DNA from: Pyrinomonas sp.
GTDB taxonomy: Bacteria > Acidobacteriota > Blastocatellia > Pyrinomonadales > Pyrinomonadaceae
Direction: 5' to 3'
Assembly: GCF_040289685.1 (NCBI RefSeq)
Contig: NZ_PSLQ01000002.1
Coordinates: 24,387-88,386, forward strand
Length of the DNA: 64,000 nt
A program made the translations under genes and the position numbers. Each line of letters opens with the position of its first letter. Position 1 is the first letter of the stretch. Below are positions 45,552 to 52,646 of this stretch, one piece after another. The notes beneath the pieces are model-generated. The model had not been told where the DNA came from, ran no database searches, and was given only the letters and a program-made list of their open reading frames with translations.

Positions 45552-45896
45552 GTGAGTTTGGGTCGAAGAGGCAGAACTTCGCCGCCGAAACAGGAAGAGC
45601 CGCGTCGCGATGCGCGTCCGCCCATCGATGAACAACTCGGACGGCTCGAAGAAGAGATTCGGCGGCTTAAGATCGAGTTCGATATTTTCTTCAACGGTGC
45701 TGCCAAGCGTCCGCCTTACGATACCAAGAACAGAGTGGAAACGGCCATCAAACGACTCGGCGATGATCGCACGCTCAGCTTCGCGCAGCGCTACCGCTAC
45801 AATTCGTTGGTCGCACGCTACACAGCTTTTCGCGAGCAATGGCGACGCGCCTTGCAAGAGCGAGAAGAAGGGATCTCGCCTCGTCCGAAAAGGTAG
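45552..45896 (+). CDS. Hypothetical protein (114 aa)
   Basis: ORF 45507-45896 trimmed to GTG 45552, just after GGAAAGGAG. Charged coiled-coil-like segment (QLGRLEEEIRRLKIEFDIFFNG). No recognised family. Confidence 0.5.
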   Translation: MSLGRRGRTSPPKQEEPRRDARPPIDEQLGRLEEEIRRLKIEFDIFFNGAAKRPPYDTKNRVETAIKRLGDDRTLSFAQRYRYNSLVARYTAFREQWRRALQEREEGISPRPKR

Positions 45897-45974
45897 GATC
45901 AAAAGCAAGCGCCTGGTGCCTTCCGTCAACGCATCGTTTCAATCCTTGCCTCGCCCGAAAACGCGGAGGCAAAA

Positions 45975-46068
45975 GCGAGTCATGATGGAAGTGGCCGCGT
46001 GACTGTTTGACTTTGCGTCAAATTTAGGCTTTTCGTTTGAGCGAGTCGTGATGGAAGTGGCCGCGTGA
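45975..46068. repeat. Two copies of a 28-bp direct repeat separated by 38 bp
   Basis: gcgagtcAtgatggaagtggccgcgtga (45975-46002) and gcgagtcGtgatggaagtggccgcgtga (46041-46068), 27/28 identical. Flanks are unrelated. Confidence 0.85.
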
Positions 46069-46441
46069 TCGAACTCGAACGTGATTCACCGATCGCTTGG
46101 GCGTAAAAACGCTTTTGTTCTTTCAAGTCAGCAAATCGAGGCTAAACGGTCTTTTCGGTTGTAACCTTCTGAAGCAGCGCATAACGCCCTCGCCGTCTCG
46201 CCATTTGTGCGAGCGCTTTTGATCGAAATCGTTCAGTGGCGCTCGTTCCGAAGAAGCGTTTTGTGCGACGATCCGCTGCTCAACAGGACCGACGACTTGG
46301 GCGCTTCTAGGCGCGGACCGAGATCGCTCGCGTATTGCGCGAACGGCACCGTTGTCAGCAGACGAAAGCGGCGCCTCCCTCTCTTTGAAGGAGACGCCGG
46401 GGCAGGTGGGCCGATCTTTTCAACAGAAAACCGGGCTGCCT

Positions 46442-46648
46442 TTACAGCTTCACGACGTTTTCTGCCTGCGGCCCTTTGGGTCCTTGAGTCACTTCAAACT
46501 CCACCGTCTGACCTTGTTCCAAGGTCTTGAACCCATCGCCTTGAATCGCGCTGTAGTGCACGAAGATATCGGAAGAGCCGGGCTGCTCGATGAAGCCGTA
46601 CCCCTTCGCGTTGTTGAACCATTTGACTTTGCCAGTCATTCTCGGCAT
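46442..46648 (-). CDS. cspA: Cold-shock protein (CspA family)
   Basis: 68 aa. [15 protein letters not shown] (RNP1) and DIFVHYSAI (RNP2). SD AGGAGGA lies 9 nt before ATG 46648. Confidence 0.93.
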   Translation of the reverse strand: MPRMTGKVKWFNNAKGYGFIEQPGSSDIFVHYSAIQGDGFKTLEQGQTVEFEVTQGPKGPQAENVVKL

Positions 46649-46928
46649 AGCGGACGATCCTCCTACTACTTCTCAGGTATTTTGTTTGCGCGGCGCACAA
46701 TCGACGCCGGAAAGTTCCAACCGTGCGCAGACGTTGGCCGAGCGTGCCACCGAACGTCTTCGGTCGGAGAAGCACCCAAAGTCGTTATCCGTGCGCAGTG
46801 TGCGATGCTCGGTCAAAAAGCGCACAGACTCCTACCCTCTACACAAACCATCGCTTCATTCGCTCTGGTTTAAAACAGTGCGGCAAAGACGTTCGAACTT
46901 CTCTCGCTTCGTCTGGAAGCGAGCGCGC

Positions 46929-46958
46929 ATACTATGCGAAAAAAAACTTCGCTGTCAA
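46929..46958 (-). promoter_or_regulatory. Sigma70-like promoter candidate for csp, implying a 5' UTR of about 270 nt
   Basis: On the minus strand: TTGACA (46958-46953), 18-nt spacer containing a T8 run, TAGTAT (46934-46929). Confidence 0.45.
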
Positions 46959-47639
46959 GGGGGGATTTCGGTTTCGCGTGCCGCCGATTGAGGTCGGATG
47001 TCGAAGGTAGGTGTCGCCGTCAGAATGATGCGTGCGCTGCGGTCAAGCTGCTATCGGTTTGGTGAAATGCATGTGCGCGGATGGTGGCGCAAGCAGCGCC
47101 GGATCGAAGCTGCTCTGTGGCTCGTCTGAGTTTGATGGACGCGTGCAGATTCGCAGGGATCAGCACGAGATGCGTTTCCGAGCGAAGCGAGTTTAACGGA
47201 AAGCGCCATCAAGCCCCTGCCGCGATGGTGTATAGGGCGCAACCCGTTCATTCCGTTTCACGCCCCATTCCCGCCATCTCACCAACTGCGTTTCAAGCGG
47301 CAGACATCAAAATGAAAGCGTGCGATACAGCTTGATCAAGCTCTAGAGCTGGATCGGGCACGCGCGCCTGAAGACGAGAGCCGCTTTTGTGGGGAGCAAT
47401 CCCCATGCGCGCAAAAACGCATGGCTGAAGGGGGGGGAGCCTCACTCACGAGAAGGATGTCTCACCGGACCGGTTTGGCGCTAGGTCGTTCGTGCTTGGG
47501 CTTGTGCCGTGTTGTTTCGAGCGGTTCTCGTTGGACCAGTGTGGCGCAAGCTCGACGCGCGATTCGACCGCGGACGTGCGTCCGGTTCGGTCGCTCGCGC
47601 TGGATCGGCATTGTGCGGTGTCGGTCCAGCGCGAGGATT

Positions 47640-47861
47640 TCAGAGTTCTTCGGCCTCACGGCGACGGCGCCGTTGCCTTTCGCGCAATGTTGCAAGCACG
47701 ATGAGCACCATCAGTCCGACGAAAGCGGCGATGATGGCGAACCTGATGAGAAAGATGAGCGTGCCGACGAGCGCGATCAATTGTTTGAGCAGCGCGACGA
47801 TCAACAGGATCAATGCCAAAAGGCCGCCCAATCGTCCCGCAATCTTCAAAAAACCCGTCAT
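47640..47861 (-). CDS. Small membrane protein (73 aa, two TM helices)
   Basis: ATG 47861 lies 6 nt after GGAAGGAGAGG. Very hydrophobic core (LGGLLALILLIVALL..LVGTLIFLIRFAIIAAFVGLMVLIVLA) and a basic C-tail RERQRRRRRE. Confidence 0.55.
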   Translation of the reverse strand: MTGFLKIAGRLGGLLALILLIVALLKQLIALVGTLIFLIRFAIIAAFVGLMVLIVLATLRERQRRRRREAEEL

Positions 47862-47951
47862 CTTCAACCTCTCCTTCCCGCCGAAACGGCGTCGCTTTAC
47901 AGTTAATAATAGCAGAGCGCCGACCGCACGTGTAGTCGGCGGCGTTTTGGG

Positions 47952-48668
47952 TCAGCGACGGCGACTCATCGTCTGCGGCAGGTCGCGGTCAAGCCGCAAG
48001 GTGTGATCCTCTACTACCGATGGCGGCGGCGTTTCAAACGAAGGGCGGCGTGGCCCTTTGCGCCGCCGTTGCTCGAGGATCAGGTAGGTGCCGAAGAGGA
48101 CGAGCGCCAGCGGCAACAGAACGTCCAAACGTAGCGCCACTCCGAAGAGCGACCGCAGCAACAACGTTGCTCCGAGGCAGAGGAGCAACGCTCCCCACGT
48201 CGCTGGATGCGAGGTCAGATGACGTGCGATCGCATCCGCTTCCGCATCCGGCATGAATCCAGCGCGAATCAGTTTGGCCGTTTTGTAGGCGTCGATGGCG
48301 GCATAGAGCCACGCGCCAATGCCGCTGAAGACGAAGATCGGTGCATCGGTCATGACCGACAGTTGGAAAAGACCGGCAAAGGTCGCAAAGTGGACCAGCG
48401 CCTTGGTCGGTTGTCCGTTGTAGGCTGCGCCCAATCCGGGCACGAGCAGCGAAAGCAAGAGCGCACCAAGCGGCGATCCTTTGGCGTAGGTAAGTCGCGG
48501 CCCTTGCCTTTGTTGTTCAAGGAGTTCGACGCCCGCGACGATGCAGTCTTGGCAGTAGGGGAACCCGCGCACGCGATGGTCGCACGACGGGCAGAGCGGG
48601 CGCGCGCAGCAGCGACAGCGCGCGTGCGCGTGATTGTTCGGGTGAAAAGCGCAACGTTCGGGTCTCAT
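47952..48668 (-). CDS. B-box-type zinc-finger membrane protein
   Basis: ORF 47952-49094 trimmed to ATG 48668 (MRPERCAFHPNNHAHARCRCCARPLCPSCDHRVRGFPYCQDC), 20 nt after the anti-sigma stop. Followed by about 4 TM helices, including LLSLLVPGLGAAYNGQ. Confidence 0.6.
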   Translation of the reverse strand: MRPERCAFHPNNHAHARCRCCARPLCPSCDHRVRGFPYCQDCIVAGVELLEQQRQGPRLTYAKGSPLGALLLSLLVPGLGAAYNGQPTKALVHFATFAGLFQLSVMTDAPIFVFSGIGAWLYAAIDAYKTAKLIRAGFMPDAEADAIARHLTSHPATWGALLLCLGATLLLRSLFGVALRLDVLLPLALVLFGTYLILEQRRRKGPRRPSFETPPPSVVEDHTLRLDRDLPQTMSRRR

Positions 48669-48687
48669 GGCTTTGGTTGCAACGCGA

Positions 48688-49482
48688 TCATCTCTCTTCG
48701 TCGCCGATGATCGCCTCCGTGACTTTGCGTAGCTCTTCGGTGCGCGCGCTGCGCGCCGCCGTATTGGCTCCGCGCGCATAGGTCTGCGCCGCCAAGCGCC
48801 AACTCGTGCGGTAGAGACCGCTGATGGTCCCATCTCTAGAGATCGTCGAACCGACGAGCACTGCGACCAGCAGGACCATCGCCATGGTTGCAAATTGTGG
48901 CGACAGCGTAGCGAGGCGCAACGCTTGTAGGTGCAACGCGATCCACGCCAGCAAACGTGCCCAAAGCGGCGCGCGCACGTGGCGCGCCTCGGTCGTTCCA
49001 AGCGTCGCTTGGAGGATGCGCTCGTGAAGCCCAACTGGCACTGGAAGCTCTTCGGCCAGCGAGGCGTAGCATGCCCCGATGGCGCGCACCACATCGCCCG
49101 GCAGATCCGTACAACGCGGGCAGAGCATGGCGTGGCGCTCCCAACGATGGAAGAGCGGGGCGGGGAGAAAACCGTCGAGGTAGTCAGTCAGATGCTCCTC
49201 AAATTCCGCACAGGTCATCTCGCGCTCCGGCGTCGTATGCGCGATGATACGCGCTTCCAGCCCCGGCGCGGGTGCAGCAAGCGGCAGTTCGCGGCAGGCG
49301 CGAATCGCGTTGCGCACTTCGTTGAGAAGTTCGTGGCAAACCGGACACACCAGCGCATGTTCGCCCATCGCGCGATCTTCGCTTGGCGACAATGCGCCTT
49401 CTAGGTAGTCCGTCAGCTTCTCTCGAAATCGCTCGCACAACATTTTGGAAAACCTCTTTCTTCTCCCCTTGCTTCTGCTCAT
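48688..49482 (-). CDS. Anti-sigma factor with two tandem zf-HC2 (ZAS-like) motifs and one TM helix
   Basis: ATG 49482 overlaps the sigma stop (ATGA); ATG 49443 is an alternative. Motif 1: C..x..EHALVCPVC. Motif 2: C..x..RHAMLCPRC. TM segment FATMAMVLLVAVLVGSTI. Confidence 0.75.
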   Translation of the reverse strand: MSRSKGRRKRFSKMLCERFREKLTDYLEGALSPSEDRAMGEHALVCPVCHELLNEVRNAIRACRELPLAAPAPGLEARIIAHTTPEREMTCAEFEEHLTDYLDGFLPAPLFHRWERHAMLCPRCTDLPGDVVRAIGACYASLAEELPVPVGLHERILQATLGTTEARHVRAPLWARLLAWIALHLQALRLATLSPQFATMAMVLLVAVLVGSTISRDGTISGLYRTSWRLAAQTYARGANTAARSARTEELRKVTEAIIGDEER

Positions 49483-50081
49483 AGCGCATCAACGCCGATG
49501 ACGCGCATGCGGCGCAGGATGCGCGCTAGTTCAATGCGCCCGCGGTTGATTCTCGACTTGACGGTGCCCTCCGGTATCTTCAGTAGATCAACGATCTCTT
49601 GGTAACTCAACTCCTCGATGTCGCGCAAGATGACGCACACTCGCAAATCGGGCGGCAAACGGTTGATCGCCGCTTGCACCTGCGCGCTCAGCTCGTGGCG
49701 TTCGACTTCGGTTTGCGGCGACGCCTCCGCTGCGCGCAAGTGGTAGGCGTGTGCCTCGATGTCCTCTGCGTGCGTCTCCTGCGGCGTGCGCTCGCGTCGA
49801 CGGTAGTCGTCGATGATCAGATTGCGCGCCAGCCTCATCAACCAGTTCTGCAGATCGCCTTGACGCGGGTCGTACTGATCGAGCGAACGGTAAAGGCGTA
49901 CGAAAACCTCTTGCGTCAAGTCTTCCGCTGCTTCGACGCGCCCTGTGAAACGGTAGGCAAGGTTGTATATGCGCCGCGAGTAGGTTGCGACGATCTCTTC
50001 CCATGCCGCGCCATCGCCAGCGCGCGCGCGCCTCGCTAATTCGGCTCCTTCGCCGGTAGCCAAGACTTTGGTCGCCCCCAC
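49479..50081 (-). CDS. ECF-type RNA polymerase sigma-70 family factor
   Basis: 200 aa, GTG start. Region 2 (YSRRIYNLAYRFTGRVEAAEDLTQEVFVRLYR, NWLMRLARNLIIDDYRRR) and region 4 (VCVILRDIEELSYQEIVDLLKIPEGTVKSRINRGR). Confidence 0.9.
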   Translation of the reverse strand: MGATKVLATGEGAELARRARAGDGAAWEEIVATYSRRIYNLAYRFTGRVEAAEDLTQEVFVRLYRSLDQYDPRQGDLQNWLMRLARNLIIDDYRRRERTPQETHAEDIEAHAYHLRAAEASPQTEVERHELSAQVQAAINRLPPDLRVCVILRDIEELSYQEIVDLLKIPEGTVKSRINRGRIELARILRRMRVIGVDAL

Positions 50082-50147
50082 TTCTTCAAGCCTCGCTTCG
50101 CCGGATGGGTCCCGTCAACCGGCGAAAAATCCTCTCACATCCCAGCT

Positions 50148-50174
50148 TTACGTCCAAGCCGGAGAAAAAGTTCC
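50148..50174 (-). promoter_or_regulatory. ECF-type promoter candidate (GGAAC-N17-CGTAA) upstream of the sigma operon
   Basis: On the minus strand: GGAAC (50174-50170), 17-nt spacer, CGTAA (50152-50148), about 70 nt before GTG 50081. It resembles autoregulated ECF promoters. Confidence 0.35.
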
Positions 50175-50356
50175 GCCGCGCGCTGGCAGCGGAGCATTGG
50201 TCTCCGAGAAGATAGCGACGGGCGCAAGAAGGAAAAAGGTTTTGCTCCCTCGCAGAGGCGATGAGCTGCATGGCTCGTCTCTCGGCATGCTCAATGGCTT
50301 AGGGCGTTTGACCCGTTTCGCGCTGGTGCGCAGCATCAGAGGCGGCGCGCGCCTCA

Positions 50357-50419
50357 TTAGCTTTCGGGCAAACGACCACTTGCCGATTCTCCAGCGCGCG
50401 CCGTTAGCTTTCGGGCAAA
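50357..50419. repeat. Two perfect copies of the 16-bp direct repeat ttagctttcgggcaaa
   Basis: Copies at 50357-50372 and 50404-50419 (47-bp period), in the divergent region between the ECF operon and the UPF0104 gene. Confidence 0.8.
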
Positions 50420-50519
50420 GTGGGTCTTCGGCCCAAATTGACGCGCCGACGAGCTTTTGCCGGGCTTCTTGCGCGCGCCGCGCAATTTGTAGTAGCCTGA
50501 TTGGGCGACACAAGATGTT

Positions 50520-51614
50520 GTGGTGGGCGCCCGTCAAGCCCGCGGAAGGAAGCGATTCGTGCGTCGGAAGTGGCAGTTGGTCGGCTTGAGCGTATTGGCC
50601 TTGATCGTCCTCTGGTGGTTCGGACGCGGGCTTGACTGGGGCATGGTGCGCGGGGCTTTGCGCGCGACCGATTGGCGACTGGTCGCCGTCGCCGTCGGGT
50701 TGGTTTGTTCGACCTACGTTATCCGGTCCTTTCGCTGGCGTGCGCTGTTGACGCCGCTGGCAGCGGCCAGATTTGCTGATCTGTTCGCCGCGACCACCGT
50801 TGGTTTCGGCGCGATCTTCGCGATCGGGCGTACGGGCGAGATCCTGCGACCGACTTTTCTTTCGTTTCGTGACCGACGCGTTTCGCCAACGGCCTCTTTC
50901 GTCACCATCGGCCTTGAGCGAATCTACGACATGGCGGCTATCGTGTTGATGTTTGCCGCCAACTTGCTCTGGTTCGCGCCGTCCGTTGCGTCCGCGCAAA
51001 GATTGGCGCAAGTGCATTTTGCTGGCGCGGTGCTCTTTGCTGGTGCTGTGATCGGGATCGGCACCTTGATTCTTTTCCGTTTCTCTGCTGGGCGCATCGT
51101 TCGCGTCGCGAAGCGGGCGAGCGGCGGTTGGCCGCGCTGGGCACAACGCACGGTGGGATTCGGCGTGCGCTTCATTGAGCAGTCAGCGCGCGCCTTGAGC
51201 GTGCTTGTCGACGGGCGTGCACTAGCGATCACTGTTGGTTGGACGGCGCTGCTTTGGGCGGCCATTGCAGCGGCGGATCTGCTGGTGCTACGCGCTTTCG
51301 GTCTCCCTTTTGGCATCGGCGAGACGATCTTCGTTATGGGATGGGCGCTTGTTGGTTCGTTGGTGCCGACGCCAGGCGGGGCTGCTGGCGCTTTTCACGC
51401 CGCCACCGCCGCCGGGCTGATCTTTCTCGGCGTGGGCCGCGAACAGTCCGCGGCCGTTGCCATCGTCATGCATCTGGTGCTTTTCGGTCCAGCCCTCTTC
51501 TTCGGCCTCTACTTCTTCTTACGAAGCGGGCTGGATCTCGTGCGGTTGTGGGACGAGGCCGCGCGCGAAGCCGAAGAAGCGGAACGCGAATCGAGCGCGC
51601 TTGTCGAGAGGTAA
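50520..51614 (+). CDS. UPF0104/flippase-like (LPG-synthase TM domain) membrane protein
   Basis: 364 aa with about 8 TM helices. N-terminal basic stretch then LVGLSVLALIVLWWF..DWRLVAVAVGLVCSTYVIRSFRWRALL, typical of this family. Start is GTG 50520 or GTG 50559. Confidence 0.78.
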   Translation: MVGARQARGRKRFVRRKWQLVGLSVLALIVLWWFGRGLDWGMVRGALRATDWRLVAVAVGLVCSTYVIRSFRWRALLTPLAAARFADLFAATTVGFGAIFAIGRTGEILRPTFLSFRDRRVSPTASFVTIGLERIYDMAAIVLMFAANLLWFAPSVASAQRLAQVHFAGAVLFAGAVIGIGTLILFRFSAGRIVRVAKRASGGWPRWAQRTVGFGVRFIEQSARALSVLVDGRALAITVGWTALLWAAIAAADLLVLRAFGLPFGIGETIFVMGWALVGSLVPTPGGAAGAFHAATAAGLIFLGVGREQSAAVAIVMHLVLFGPALFFGLYFFLRSGLDLVRLWDEAAREAEEAERESSALVER

Positions 51615-51725
51615 GGTTTAGGTTCGATGTTCGCTTGCGTAAGCGTCCAAACACGAAGCCGTGGCGCAGCGGTTCGGCGAGCAGCCGAATCACATCCTGC
51701 TCGCAACGAGGAGGGTTGCAAAGAG

Positions 51726-52211
51726 ATGAAATGCCCGTTTTGTGGTCATTTGGAAGATAAGGTGGTTGATTCGCGCGAGTCGCGCGAAGGCGACTTGATC
51801 CGGCGGCGGCGCGAATGTTTGCGTTGCGAGCGCCGATTCACCTCCTACGAACGTATCGACGAGATACCGTACATGGTCATCAAAAAGGATGGGCGACGTG
51901 AGCCGTTCGACCGAAACAAGGTTATGGCCGGACTTTTACGCGCGTGCGAAAAGCGCCCCATCCCTGCGGCGAAGTTGGAGGCGATCGTCAACGCCGTCGA
52001 GAAGTACGTGCAAGAGTCGCCCGAACGCGAGCGCCCGACCTCCAAGATCGGCGAGATGATCATGCGCCGTTTGAAGGAGCTGGATAAGGTCGCCTATGTG
52101 CGGTTCGCTTCAGTCTACTTGGAGTTCCAGGACGTGTCGGAGTTCATGCACGAACTGAAGAACCTCGTCCGTTCGCGCAACGAGCGCGCTTCTTCACGTC
52201 GCGCCTCTTGA
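51726..52211 (+). CDS. nrdR: Transcriptional repressor NrdR
   Basis: Trimmed to ATG 51726 behind [50 protein letters not shown] zinc ribbon plus an ATP-cone domain. Confidence 0.93.
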   Translation: MKCPFCGHLEDKVVDSRESREGDLIRRRRECLRCERRFTSYERIDEIPYMVIKKDGRREPFDRNKVMAGLLRACEKRPIPAAKLEAIVNAVEKYVQESPERERPTSKIGEMIMRRLKELDKVAYVRFASVYLEFQDVSEFMHELKNLVRSRNERASSRRAS

Positions 52212-52226
52212 CGGCGGATACGAGCA

Positions 52227-52260
52227 GCGCGCTTCGGCGCGCCGTCTAACTGAAGACGGC
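52227..52260 (+). terminator. Two adjacent GC hairpins after nrdR
   Basis: gcgcgc-ttcg-gcgcgc (52227-52242) and gccgtc-taactgaa-gacggc (52241-52260), starting 16 nt after the stop. No clear U-tract. Confidence 0.4.
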
Positions 52261-52646
52261 AGTTGCATTCGAGCAGGCGCCTGTTATTTCGTTTCCAAGC
52301 GCTCCGAAGGGGCGCTCAAAAGAGACCGCGCTGGCGCAGACGACGGGCGACGGATCGGCCTCGGCTTGCTCTTTACCAGCTTTTTTGAAGATCGAGCGAG
52401 CGACGCGTTCCGGTGCCGTCGGTTAGTTCGGACGCAGAGGCTCGACCAGCTTTTTTCGGTTCATAATGGCGAGGATGGAGCGCTTTGCGTTTTGAGCGGC
52501 AGATGATTTCTCTTTTGCTCGACGATGAGCGATAATCTCACCCTTGAATTTCGAAGCTCGTGTCGTGCGAATCGAACTGGAAGGACGACCTTGATTAAGG
52601 GTACCGAAGTGCCAACGATTTTCGGCAAGCGTGCCAATTGAACCCC

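Noticed and set aside
45975-46068. CRISPR array call
   Set aside because: Only two repeat copies, no convincing third copy at the expected phase, and no cas genes or leader in the window. Reported as a repeat and flagged as a finding, not annotated as CRISPR.
50148-51146. 332-aa minus-strand ORF
   Set aside because: Antisense to the multi-TM UPF0104 gene and running across the ECF promoter region. Extremely Arg/Gly/Asp/Gln-rich and not protein-like.
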